Below are positions 36,052-49,309 of a stretch of DNA of 64,000 nt, one piece after another. The stretch comes from Octopus sinensis. Its lineage: Eukaryota. The notes below the pieces were generated by a model. That model was given only the letters and a program-made list of their open reading frames with translations, was not told the DNA's origin and did not search any database. The first letter of the stretch is position 1; each line of letters opens with the position of its first letter. The translations under genes were made by a program, and so were the position numbers. The DNA lies in NCBI RefSeq assembly GCF_006345805.1, contig NC_043011.1, positions 50,108,464 through 50,172,463 of the forward strand, read 5' to 3'.

Positions 36052-37877
36052 TTTTTTTTTCTAGTTTCAGCTCAGAGCTGCGTCCATGCTGATGCACCGC
36101 CGTTTTGTGCTACACTGTTATTACGACGAACCTCGTCTAATATGTGGCACTTGGTGAAGAATGTAGTTTGATACAGCTACTCTCATTTGCACCTCTTGCC
36201 GTGAGGTAGGTTCATCTGGGACTCTTGACAGGAAGATGTCCTGCTTTGATTTAAAAACCACTACATCTACTTTGTGCAAGTTCTTCAGACTCTTTGGGAG
36301 AATATTAAAAAGCTGTGGGCCCTTGAAATCCAGGCTGTTGCAGAAGCTGGTCCTGAAGCGTGATGGCATTGCTGGGATCTTTGGCACTATGCAGTGTCGT
36401 CCCGTTCTAGCATTGGTGTAGCTTACAATGCCAAAATTTGGCACAATTCCTTCCAGGATCTTCCAGACATATATTACTGCATACCTCTCCCGTCTTCTCT
36501 CCAGGGAGTAGAGTCTTAGCTGTTTCAACCTTTCCCAGTAGCTGAGCTGTTGCAAAGAGATGATCTTCTTTGTTAATCTTCTCTGGATTGCTTCAAGGTC
36601 CGCTGTTAATTTTACACTGGTGGGTGACCATAGCTGTGAGCAGTAATCCAGGCGACTGAGGACGAATGTCCGCCAGAGGACCATCATGGTTTCCTTATCT
36701 CTGGTTCTGAATGTTCTTAGGATCCACCCAGTCAGTCGTCTGCACTTTGTCGCCATCCTGGTAATGTGCACTTGGAAAGAGGTATCATCACTCATGTCGA
36801 TACCCAGGTCCCTCACAGACTTAGGCCCTGGGATTGAAATTCCCTGTGGACCGGTGTATCCTGTAAGTTTAATATTCAGTTTTGGTTGCTGGTAGCGCAG
36901 GGCCTGGAATTTTTCAGCATTAAACTGCATATTATTATCCTCAGCCCATCTGTAGATTGAGTCCAACTCCTGCTGCAGGTGTGCAATATCGCTGGGGTTC
37001 TGTATTTTCTGCGAGACTTTCGTATCGTCTGCATAGCTTGCCAGAGTCGCAATCCGGGCATTTGAGGGCATATCTGAGAGGGCCACTATAAAAAGCAGTG
37101 GTCCCAAGACAGTGCCCTGTGGAACACCGCTCACTATTTGTGTGTTCTTATAGGTGACTCCATTAACCACTACTGCCTGACTCCTGTCTTTCAGGAAGTC
37201 ATGTAACCACACTCCAAGTTTTCCAGCTATGCCGAGGTCACGCAGTTTGTAGCATATCATACCATGATCCACCTTGTCAAAAGCTTTTGCAAAATCAAGG
37301 CATATTACGTTCACATTTGATTTGTTGAGTTACTGACTCAACACCCAGTCATAATGTTGTAAGAGCTGGGTTAGGCAGCTCCTACCTGGTCGAAAACCAT
37401 GCCGGGTATCACTCAGCAAGTTATTTTCCTCAAGGAATGCGATTAGCTTCTTTCTGAATATCCGTTCCATGACTTTGCTGATGTGTGAAGTCAGAGAGAT
37501 AGGCCTATAGTTTTTGACATCTGCTCTACTTCCCCCTTTATGTATTGGACATATTATTCCCTCCTTCAGCTTGCTTGGCAGTTTGCCAAGAAAGCTCTGG
37601 AAGAGAATATTGAGGGGTTTTGCCAAGGCATGCTTACACGCATTGAGGAGGATTGCTGGGAAACCATCTGGACCAGCAGTTGAGTTTGTGTCCACTTCAT
37701 CTATGGCTAGTAGGACATCTTCGATAATGTCAATGTATTCTATTGTAACTGCCTCGCTGGTTACAGGTGAGGCGGCAAAGAAGTCCGCTGGTTCGTTCAC
37801 TTGTCTGTGTTCCAACGGGGTGGTAAAGACACTTTTGAACTGGTCATTCAGTATCTCACTGATCTTAGTTGGACTGC
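36052..37877 (-). mobile_element. 5'-truncated CR1/L2-group LINE
   Basis: Contains the RT ORF, a short 3' UTR with hairpin CAGCT-CTG-AGCTG, and an A9 tail. Confidence 0.9.
36121..37877 (-). pseudogene. LINE reverse transcriptase, about 580 codons with a single in-frame TAA at 37330-37332
   Basis: Motifs GPDGFP, NYRPISLTS, HGFRPGRSC, LDFAKAFDKV, GVPQGTVLGP, YADD, DLGI. The two listed ORFs are in the same frame (..VLSQ*LNKSNVNVIC..). No endonuclease domain. Confidence 0.92.
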
Positions 37878-37959
37878 CCATTGGTGCACAATGGGTATTG
37901 TATGATTAGTTTATCGATCTTAGACAGATTAACTACAATCAAAACATATTGTAAAATAC

Positions 37960-38012
<53 letters not shown>

Positions 38013-38013
38013 C

Positions 38014-38049
<36 letters not shown>

Positions 38050-38307
38050 GAATACAATGTACGTTTAAACACACAAGAGTTATCCGACATAGGATTCCTT
38101 GCACGCTAGAAGGAACGGATTTTAGCTGTTTCTTCTAGCGTGCAAGGAATCCTATGACGGATACATCTCATGTGTTTAAATGTACACTGTATTTATTTGA
38201 ATAATATATAGTCTATTCACAAATTTTCTTACACGCTAGGCCACTGGTTGTAGAAATTCCTGAAAATTTTTATTACCCTGATATTACATATATATATATA
38301 TATATAT

Positions 38308-38727
38308 ATATATTCTCTTTTACTCTTTTACTCTTTTACTTGTTTCAGTCATTTGACTGCGGCCATGCTGGAGCACCGCCTTTAATCGAGCAACTCGACC
38401 CCGGGACTTATTCTTTTGTAAGCCCAGTACTTATTCTATCGGTCTCTTTTGCCGAACCGCTAAGTAACGGGGACATAAACACACCAGCATCGGTTGTCAA
38501 GCAATGCTAGGGGACAAACACAGACACACAAACACACACACGCATATATATATATATATATATACGACGGGCTTCTTTCAGTTTCCGCCTACCAAATCCA
38601 CTCACAAGGCTTTGGTCGGCCCGAGGTTATAGTAGAAGACACTTGCCCAAGTTGCCACGCAGTGGGACTGAACCCGGAACCATGTGGTTGGTAGACAAGC
38701 TACTTACCACACAGCCACTCCTGCGCC
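38308..38727 (-). mobile_element. SINE family A, full length and apparently young
   Basis: Complete head, body and (AAAGAGT)n-type tail. Confidence 0.92.
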
Positions 38728-39233
38728 AATATATATATTGCGCGCTTCTTACAGCATTAATAGCTTTTGACTCTTATTTCTTCAAAGATAGGTACTTCGG
38801 CACTCTCAGTCACAGTTAATGACCATCAAATTTCTCCTTTATGGTATTACATTACGTCTAACCGCTTACATTAATTTTTAATATACGCATTAGTATTTCG
38901 CTAAATAATTTTCCATGTAAAATTTATATTTAGCCAAATCATTGAGCATTTGAGCAGTTACTACTCAGGAGCATACGACTGACAATTGAAACTAGTCTAG
39001 TCTAGTCAATTAATCCCAGAGCCGTTCATGAGACCGCTATATCCCCTGTAATGTATATATATATACATATATATATATTTGCACGATTCTTACAACACTA
39101 ACCGTCTTTAACTCTTCTTGCAATATAAGTGCTTCAGTATCCTCACTCACAATTAGTGAAGACTAAATGTTTCCTATATATATATATATATATATATACA
39201 GTCAGTATATATATGTAATGCATGGTATGCATT

Positions 39234-39297
<64 letters not shown>

Positions 39298-39384
39298 CGT
39301 ATTTACATATTTATAAATGTATTTATATATATATGTATATACATATGTATATATATATATGTATTTATAATATAGATATATATG

Positions 39385-39457
<73 letters not shown>

Positions 39458-40293
39458 TGTGCATGCATGTGTGTGCGTGCGTGTTGTATGTGTGTATGTG
39501 TTTGTTTGTGTGTGTGTGTTTGTGTGTGTGCAAGAAATGTATCCAAAGTTTAAATAAAGACGTAAAAAATAAATTGCCAAACTTCACAATATAAATAATT
39601 TCAAAAATATAAAACTCAGACGCGATGAAAAAATAACGAGAATTTCCATTGGCGCACAGTGGGTATTGTGTGATTAAGTTATCGATCTCAGACAGATTAA
39701 CTACAATCAAAACATATGGTAAAATTTTTAAAGCTAAGTCGCCTAAAAACTAATTTTCATCTCATTATTATTGTGTTTCACGGTTTTCTACGAGATTGCC
39801 ACATTCGAAAAAAGAAATTGCATTTTTTAAAGACTTATGAAAATTGGAATTAACAGCCTCTGTCACCATATTTTAATAGATGCCCGCAAGAAAACTAGTG
39901 ATATATAACGGTATGAAGCCGCAACGAATAAATCACGGGAATGCGTTTGTAGTTCTAAAACATTGAGATCTGCATGGATAGCAGTCAGAACAGTCCCTAC
40001 GAGCGGCTTTAACGCAACCCGTTTTCTAGCCGCTCCGTTTCCCAGTCTTCAAATCTTAATTTTTTAACTCCTTGAGGTAAGCGAAAAATATTTTTTCACA
40101 TGCGAAAATTTCATTTATTTTTCGTATTTATGTTTAGCAGTTTGATAAGTGTTTATTTTATTATGTCTAACCTCATTTTGTTTAATCAATGCAGAGTTTG
40201 ATTCAATAAGTAAATGGTGCTAATTCGAAACTTTTCAACGTAGGTATTAGACTTCGGCAGGGATCTTCTTCATTTCATAAATATTATGAGATA

Positions 40294-40842
40294 TTGGGTT
40301 GTTCGGAAAGTTCGTGCCGATTTTCAAAGGAAAGAAAAAGGTAAAAAAAATACTTGCCATTACATTTTTAATCAACCAAATATTAACCATTTTGTTACAC
40401 AATGCATCTCCATCTTTCCTTTAGCTTCAGAATTGAGGAGGTTTCATGGCAAAGAATTCATCAAGGTATCTTTTTACGTCATTCAAAAATTGAAATTTTT
40501 ACCATTAAGACTATTCTACAGAGACCTGAGTAAGTGGAAATCCGGAGGAGCAATATCTGGTGAATATGGAGGATGGGGTAAAACATCCCAGCCGAGCTGC
40601 AGCAATTTTTGTCTGGTTCCCAAACATCAAGTGCCGAAAATGAACTTTCTTATCTTCCATTTTAAAGGGTTACAGAATTAACACAGGTTATAGGAACATA
40701 AACCTTCTTCCAAGAAAAGATAGCTTAAACTGTGCTCTAAATGGAGGTGTAGTCAAATTCTATTTTCTGGACTCAACAATGTTCTAAAATAAGTCGAAAG
40801 TTAAGCTACTATAAATCGGCACGAACTTTCCGGACAACCCAG
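40294..40842 (-). mobile_element. Internally deleted mariner element
   Basis: TIRs TTGGGTTGTTCGGAAAGTTCGTGCCGATTT / AAATCGGCACGAACTTTCCGGACAACCCAG with TA on both sides. Minus strand encodes LGWDVLPHPPYSPDIAPPDFHL. Confidence 0.9.
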
Positions 40843-40849
40843 TAGATTG

Positions 40850-41613
40850 TGGTATTACAATTGATGTGTATAGAATCAGTGAGTTATTTGCAGATGACAT
40901 GGTGCTACCTGGTTTGTCAGAATGTGATCTCCACAATATACACAAACGGTTTCGTTTCGGGTTGCAGCAAGGCTGGAATGAGAATTAGTGAAGCAAAAAC
41001 TGAGACGATGATTTTTCACAAGAAAATCGTAGTGCACTCATCATGTTAATGGAACACCATTGAGACAAGTGGAGAAGTCTATGTATCCCGAAGACGTATT
41101 CAAGAATAATGTAAGGTAGGAAGCTGAATTACTAGAATTACAAGTTCTGGCACTGTAATGCGCCATCTCCAGCATTCGTTCCTCAGAAGAGGAGGGTGTT
41201 GTAAAAATGCCTGACTCGATATCGTCAATTCGGTTTCCGAGTCCAACTTCATACATAATTTAGGTAATAACCAAAAGAGTACAATCACGTAACAAGTGGC
41301 CGAAATGGGGCTCTGCCGAAGGATTTGAGGTATACTCGACAGATTGGGTAGCTCAGAGGCCGGGGAATTCTCCAGGTTGAGCTGCTACTTTTCCTCATTA
41401 ACAGGTTACAGCCTGGGGACTATGGTAATGTGATTGGAATTTTGCAGGAAGGAATTTCAAGACAAATTCTTCAAGCCAAACGAACCGACAGGAGACTTCG
41501 GGCAGACCAAGAACAAGTCGTTTGGATAATATTCATATTCTAAATTGGTAACACTTAGAAATCTAACCATGGCTGCTTCTGATAGGAAACTATATAAAAG
41601 GTGCCTCGAGACT
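40850..41613 (+). mobile_element. Degenerate RTE-type LINE 3' fragment
   Basis: Frameshifted FADDMVL..CSKAGMRISEAKTETM and GTPLRQVEK..Y; ends in (GGAT)n. Confidence 0.65.
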
Positions 41614-41870
41614 CTACCCCTCATGACTCTCTCAGGAATAGAGGGCGGAGAAGATGGATGGATGGATGGATGGATGGATGGATGGATGGGTGGATGGATG
41701 GATGGATGGTTGGATGGTTGGATGGATGGATGGATGGATGGATGGGTGGATGGATGGATAGTTGGATGGATGGTTGGATGGATGGATGGATGGATGGATG
41801 GATGGGTGGATGGATGGATGGATGGATGGATGGAAGGATGGATGGATGGATGGATGGAAGGATGGATGGA
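41614..41870. repeat. (GGAT)n microsatellite
   Basis: Direct reading. Confidence 0.95.
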
Positions 41871-42451
41871 GTTGACGTGCGGACGGATAGTGAGATTAGA
41901 ACAGAAAAAGAAATGACTGTAAAAAAAATGTCTTACTACAAAATACTGCCGTACATTGAAGGAGGCGGAGGAAGAGGTGGTGGAAGAGGAGGAGGAGGAG
42001 GAGGAGAGGGGAATGTTTGGTGGTGGTGGTGGTGGTGGTAAAGGAGGAGGCAGAAGCACGAGGAGGACGGGTGGGGGAGGTGGAGAAGAAGAAGAAGAAG
42101 AAGAAGAAGAAGAAGAAGAAGAAGAAGAAGAAATTAAAAGTAAACCGAATTACACTTTTGGTGTAAGAAATAGATTTTCTAATCTGTGTAAATATATAGA
42201 CTAAAATCGTTGAGTGAGAAGAAACAAAGAAACAAGATGATCATATCGCCAGTTTCACACAGGAAGCCATAGTAATGACGTTGGATTTGCATCGATTCCA
42301 ATAAAAAATGTCTACAGATTATTTTATTTAACAATAACCATTATTAAGTTTTTAAGTCCCCCGCTGAACTTATAGATTTCTGGTGCTGTTCGTCTGTTCT
42401 TTTTTATGTACAATGCTATATGAAGATACACACATGTACACATGTCATATA

Positions 42452-42533
<82 letters not shown>

Positions 42534-42589
42534 AGGTGGGGTGTCGGTGTGGGTATGTGTTGGTGTGTATGCTTGTGTGTGTGTTTTAA

Positions 42590-42624
<35 letters not shown>

Positions 42625-42740
42625 TACGTGCGTGTATAATACTGTTTTATAGTTCTAATTTCTTGGGTTGGTTTTCTAAACCTGTTCCAATTGAGGTTTT
42701 AAGTATAATAGTTCAGAGTATACATATACACACACTCACT

Positions 42741-42802
<62 letters not shown>

Positions 42803-43287
42803 TTTATATGTGTGTGTATGTATTATTTATATGTCCACTCTATGTTTGTATGTCTAGCTAAGTTTGTGTGTGTGTGCGTTTATGTGTGTATGTGTGCGTG
42901 TATGTGTGTTTGCATGTGTGCGGATATGTGTCTGCATGTGAGTACGTGTGTTTGCTTCAATCTTATTTCACTGGTATTCCTATTTTGTACAAAATAATTT
43001 TCTGGACCCCATAAGCATCATTCGCATTTTGGGAAAACACATACATTCCTTACTATTGCATGTCATCGAAACTGGTTTCAAATATTTTTACCATGATCAA
43101 ATAATTAAGGAATCAAGCCGGCTTGGTTTTAAGAGTGTTGAATTCGAAGTTGATAGAACTGATAAAATACCATTTGACAATGTATTTACTTGAATATGTC
43201 AAATACCATTTTACTCAATTAAATTCGTAAATCACATATCCTCAACAGATGTGAACCACGAAATAAACCTCATAAAATAGATGGGTT

Positions 43288-43700
43288 TTTATATCTTTAC
43301 TGCCCACAAGGGGCTAAACACAGAGGGGACAAACAAGGGCAGACAAAGGGCTTAAGTCGATTACATCGACCCCAGTGCGTAACTGTAATTAATTTATCGA
43401 CCCCGAAAGGATGAAATGCAAAGTCGACCCCGGCGGAATTTGAACTCAGAACGTAACGGCAGACGAAATGCCTATTTCTTTACTACCCAGAAGGGGCTAA
43501 ACACAGAGGGGACAAACAAGGACAGACAAACGGATTAAGTCGATTACATCGATCCCAGTGCGTAACTGCTACTTATTTTATGGACCCCAAAAGGATGAAA
43601 GGCAAAGTCGACCTCGGTGGAATTTGAACTCAGAACGTAGCGGCAGACAAAATACCGCTAAGCATTTTGCCTGGCGTGCGAACAATTCTGCCACCTTGCT
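43288..43700 (-). mobile_element. Two tandem SINE family C copies, Tx1-like tail
   Basis: CTTTACT(G/A)CCCA(C/G)AAGGGGCTAAACACAGAGGGGACAAAC appears twice. Confidence 0.9.
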
Positions 43701-44383
43701 GCCATAAAATAAATGGGTTCTGTCAATTTGTGTCATGCAGAAGTTTTTGAAGACATTTGTGAAAGTACTGACATGTGGTGATATGGAGAATCTACACAAT
43801 TGCTTCATGAAATTAATGAGCAGTTGTGATATTTCTTCAGGTAGCGTAGAACCACAATATGTGATAACATTTGTAGTTTAATGCTGGTGTATATTAAATC
43901 AAGACATATGTTATGGAACAAGAATTCAATTAGCTTTAAAAATCGGTATTTGCACTGTGTACAACGAGATCTGAAACGACGAATTACATAATTATTCGTA
44001 ATACGTTCTGACAGATGCGAACACTAATATGCTAAACATTGTTGTGTACGTCGCAGAAGAAAGCTTTTTTTCTTTTTACGTCGACAATTTCATAAGATAC
44101 TCAGCTCATTGGTGCAAAGGGTCTTAGGACACCGAAGTTTCAACATTTTATATCACGTCGCCAGAAATACTCTGACCTTTGAGTCTAAAAAAACTGGTTA
44201 TTCTGTGTTCAAATCTGCCGGAAAGAATGAAGAATAAATATGCAAATCATTATCTCAAATCTCTCTGTACACAGTGGAATAACGATTTTTTAAATCCGTT
44301 GCTACATATCAGAAGAGATTCACAAACACTTTGTTCACTGGTGTTATATAAACAAAGTCTATGTGGACTCAAGTTTCCAAGTA

Positions 44384-44431
44384 ATTCTGACTGACCCGTT
44401 ACAATATATCGAAACACCGGTGTCTCAGAAT
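44384..44431 (+). ncRNA. Degenerate hammerhead relic
   Basis: AUUCUGA-CUGACCC-GUUACAAUAUAUC-GAAA-CACCGGUG-UC-UCAGAAU. Helix I is 7 bp and helix III is palindromic, but G8/A9 are lost. Confidence 0.45.
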
Positions 44432-44663
44432 CCCTGGCAATAATGAGCCGAATGTGTTATGGACACATTATCATTGTAAAATGCGGAAATATTCTTGTGT
44501 GACGTACAAAACAGCGGCTAGCATATCTGTTTTCGGATCTGCTGTAAAGTCTTTAGAATAAGTATGCAGGACATCGTTTCCAATTAAGTTAACTTATTTG
44601 CATAGAAGCATGCTTGAAGTATAAGAGATATCAAACAGCAAACATCATATTGTACAGAGAATT

Positions 44664-44714
<51 letters not shown>

Positions 44715-45484
44715 GTATAGGGAGAATTCACAAAAAAAACAACAAAAGACGAAGACACAACACTAATATATATATATATTAGTGACGCATAGTGATTATA
44801 CAGAGTATTTAACATGTGAACTGTTTTATGGTGAAGGGGCAACAGTGTAGAATATGTGCTATATAATTTGCTAATAGCATCGTCTCGTTTGCCGATTATA
44901 TAAGTGTATTTGTGTTTTTGCATTTTATTAGTTGATAATTGTATATATTATATAACGAGTGTGTTACATTTCTGGGTGATGGTTGCATACATCACTGTCT
45001 TTTAACCTTCGTAAAACCTACGACTGAGGTTTTTAAGTGTTTTATTATTCAAATATCTGGGAATTCAAAGTGACTCAATATAGACATCGGTGCACACATT
45101 GTAATTTCTCACACACAAAAGAATACTCAGCAATAGCAGTTAATAAATATTTATGTTATTGATTGGCTCGTAGAAAATTATCGGCAGATGTATCGAGAAT
45201 GACACAGGGTACTGCACGCAGACACAATAACGATGGTTTCCCGGTTTGCAGCGCGGCTAAGAATTCTGAGGGGAAGGAAATTAATCGATATCATCAATCA
45301 CACTTCTTGATTGGTACTTTATTTCGTCGACCCAGCAAGGGATGTGAAAGGTCATGTTGAGCTCGTTGAGATTTGAAATTAATAACAATGTGGCAAAATA
45401 TTAACGATTCCACATATGTTTATATATGTGTATGCATATATGCAAAAATATACGCATGCATATATATATGGTGAGTCTATGTAT

Positions 45485-45524
<40 letters not shown>

Positions 45525-45633
45525 AAAAAAGAAGTTTGAAAACGCCACTATATTAGATAAATTTTAATTTTCTTTAATTTTCTATATATATATATATACA
45601 CACACACATATATATACATATGTATATACACAC

Positions 45634-45665
<32 letters not shown>

Positions 45666-46167
45666 GTATGCATGTATGTATGTATACACAGGTATGGATG
45701 TATGCATATAGTTACGTATGTGGATATATGTGTATGTGTTTGTGTGTGTGTGTGTGTGTGTGTGGCTGTGTGTCTCTTGTGCGTTGTGGGCGTGTGTGTA
45801 TACGTGCGTAAATATACATATAATATTTCTTTTTGGAATTATATGTTTTTTTTCTATATAATACAATTTTTTTCTTCATTATCGTTCATTATCATCAAGG
45901 TCGGCAACTGTATCTGAGTAAATAGAGGGTATGCACACGCGTATATGGCGTGTCTATGTGTGCTCGAGTGTGTGTGTATGTGTGTGTGTGTGTGTGTGTA
46001 TGTGTGTGTACGAGTGTATGTATGCGTGTTTGTGTATATCATATTTATTTACAGATGATACTTCTCGCATAACAAATAACTACACGTGTGTGTATATAGG
46101 AATGTATGTACATATATATATATGTGTGTGTGTGTGTGTGTATATATATGTGAATTTAAGAGTGTCC

Positions 46168-46208
<41 letters not shown>

Positions 46209-46237
46209 TATGTGAATTTAAGAGTGTCCGTATATAC

Positions 46238-46280
<43 letters not shown>

Positions 46281-46469
46281 GCACACATATGTACATAAAC
46301 AGACGAGCCCACACACGCAGTAATTTTTAACTTTTCCCATTGTTTGGGTTGTTACGCTGAATTACAGTTAATTAACGGTACAGACGGCATCTTAATAAAA
46401 TTAACGGAAAGATTAGTTGGAGACACATTTATAATGTCTGACCACCAACGTATCTGCATACGCACACAA

Positions 46470-46518
<49 letters not shown>

Positions 46519-47123
46519 CGTATTTCTACATATATATATGTGTGTGTATATGCACCTCTATACACATATATATATGCAGTAGTCACCAACCAAACAAAGG
46601 AACGCGTCGGGTAGAGAAGGTATTGATTCTACTTTAGGTAGACAATCTACATTAGCTCTGTTGAACTTCTGATTAAGTTATCGTAGATTAATGGCTCTTG
46701 TTAATGTCGTTACTGGCCTCGTCGGTACTACTGCTCTTTTTATTGTTGTTGTTCTTGTTGTTGCCGCTCTGATTGTTGTTGCTGCTGGTCTCTGATTGTT
46801 GTACTCGTATTAGTGTTGGCTATTGTTGTCGCTATGCGTATGTGTGTCCTGCCTGTTACGTTCTCAAATATATGAGCGTAGGAATCGTATTTCTTGGCAA
46901 AATATTTCTTCTTTTCTCTTCTTTTTCATTTTTTTTCTCCTTTTCTCCATATCCTTCTCACTGTCAGCACTATAATTAATTTATATCACAAGAATTTTTT
47001 AAATATTCGAGAGAACGTGAACTAATTAGGTTTTTTAAATTTTTATTTTAATAATAAATCTCGAAACAGATTATAATGATATAAATAATAGCATGTAAAT
47101 ATTGGATATATATAAATATATAT

Positions 47124-47164
<41 letters not shown>

Positions 47165-47651
47165 TCATATATATACATATGTATATACATACGTATGTAT
47201 AGAATTTAGATAGAAAAGTCGGAGGCTACCCGTAGGAAACGAACCCGTAGCTCCTGCGGACATTACTAGCGTTTTACTAATTAGACCAAATCAATCCTTT
47301 GAATTTCTCAATCAATTTTAGAAACTTTATTATGCCCAGTGAAAATTGTAGCTCGCTGACCTCATAAAAAACTTATAAACTTTCGACAGAACGGGAAATA
47401 AATCGTGATCTATTATCCGCCATAAAAATTGTGATTCTCGAATTTTACTATAATTAGTAGAATTTTAATTATTGCAGCCACTTCTACGATTACGCCTATT
47501 ATCACTAAAAGCCTAATCTTCATCATCATCATCATCATCATGATTACTACTACTACCATTAGTACTACTACAACTACTTGGACTACCTCTACTTTAATGA
47601 TTATATCATTATCGATATCGTTATCATTATTATTATTATTACTATAATTAA

Positions 47652-47850
47652 GCCGGCGAACGATATGCTTGGCAAAAGACTTAGTGGCATATCGTCCGGT
47701 TTACATTCTGAAGTCAAATTCCGCCAAGGTCGATTTTGCCTCTCATCCTTTCGGTGTCGATATAATAGGTACCAGCTGGGTACTGTGGGCGATGTCATTG
47801 ACTTAGACCCTCGCCCGAAATTATTGGCCTTGTGCCAAAAATTGAAACTA
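47652..47850 (+). mobile_element. SINE family C, alternative tail
   Basis: Family C head and body, then GGCCTTGTGCCAAAAATTGAAAC instead of the Tx1-like tail. Confidence 0.75.
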
Positions 47851-47859
47851 CTATTAGTA

Positions 47860-48425
47860 TTGGGTCGCCGGGAAAGTTCGTGCTGATTTATAGTAGCTTA
47901 CGTTTCGACTTATTTTAGAACATGGTTCAGTCCATAAAATAGGATTTGACTACACCTCCATTTAGAGCACAGTTTAAGCTATCTTTTCGTGGAAGAAGGT
48001 TTATGTTCCTATAACCTGTGTTAATTCTGTAACCCTTTAAAATGGAAGATAAGAAATTTCATTTTCGGAACTTGATGCTTTGGGAAACAGACAAAAATTG
48101 CTACAGCTCGGCTGGGATGTGTTACCCCGCCCTCCATATTCACCAGATATTGCTCCTTCGGATTTCCACTTATTCGTGCCTCTGCAGAATAGTCTTAATG
48201 GTAAAAATTTCAATTCTTTGGATGACGTAAAAAGATACCTTAATGAATTCTTTGCCATGAAACCATCTAATTTCTGGGAAGAGGTTATTTTCAAGTTAAA
48301 GGAAAAACGGAGACGCATTGTGCAACAAAATGGTTAATATTTGGTTGATTAAAAATATAATGGCAAGTATTTATTGACCTTTTTCTTTCCTTTAAAAATC
48401 GGCACGAACTATCCGGAAATATTAT
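47860..48425 (+). mobile_element. Internally deleted mariner element (same family as 40294)
   Basis: ORF 48080-48337 LGWDVLPRPPYSPDIAPSDFHLF..NG*. Left TIR follows TA; right TIR is degenerate. Confidence 0.9.
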
Positions 48426-48645
48426 CAGAAATATTAAATTTCTAAATATCTCATAGAGATATGTATGGTGGTGGAGCGAAGAGTGGTTGTATACTGTCAA
48501 CTTAACGTGACAGCCCTGTAAGGGTATTACACCACCGCTGTTTAGCCCCAGGAAGCATCGACGCCTCCTGTCGGCCTTGACGCATTTCCTGTGTTCTTAT
48601 ATATTTACGAAGGGGAGACAAATACCCCCAACAGCTAGGCCTGCA

Positions 48646-48692
48646 TCTAGAGACACGCATGTTTCAGGGTCTTTGCCCATCTTCGGTCTAGA
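48646..48692 (-). ncRNA. Type I hammerhead (U4C core) at the tip of a 147-nt hairpin
   Basis: UCUAGA-CCGAAGA-U GGG CAAAGA CCC U-GAAA-CAUGCGUG-UC-UCUAGA; hairpin spans 48598-48744. Confidence 0.65.
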
Positions 48693-49254
48693 GTAGCAGA
48701 GGCCTGCTAGCTGAAGGTATCTGTCTAGACTTCGTAAATATATATTTTTTTTCAGTGAAATTTATTCACTGGTGATTGGTGCCGCTGCTGTTGTTAATGG
48801 TTTTAAATTCGTTAATACCGCTTGCACCGTGAAAGATTGTTAAAAGTTTCTGGAACAAAATTTTATGCGAAAAAGATTATTTGAAAAGATTACCAAATCA
48901 GAAAGAAATTCTTTGAGTACGAAATTCTCCGTCATGCAAATTAGGGTAGAAATTTTCAGGCCAAAATTTACACCTGAAACAGTCGACTTATATATCAAGA
49001 CGACTTTGGAGGAATAAGAATTCCATGTGAAATGCATCTGTTTACTATATGCCATGCCGAGATGTATGATGGAAAGTATGGTAATCAATGTATGTCGTTG
49101 TGATGTATAGTGCAGTGTGTAACCTAGTGTTGTGTGTGATATAGTGCTGCAGCGTGGAGTTCCTGGTATGTGGTGATATAGTTGTAGTGCTGTATATAGA
49201 GAGCTCTATATATGTAATATATCTTCAAAAATTAATTAACACGTTTTCAAGTTA

Positions 49255-49295
<41 letters not shown>

Positions 49296-49309
49296 TATAT
49301 ATATATATA

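Noticed and set aside
37878-39725. Transib/RSS-like heptamers CACAATG (37887) and CACAGTG (39655) starting two related segments
   Set aside because: Similarity extends upstream of the heptamer, which is half of a small hairpin (CCATTG..CA(A/G)TGG). There is no nonamer, no opposing TIR and no TSD.
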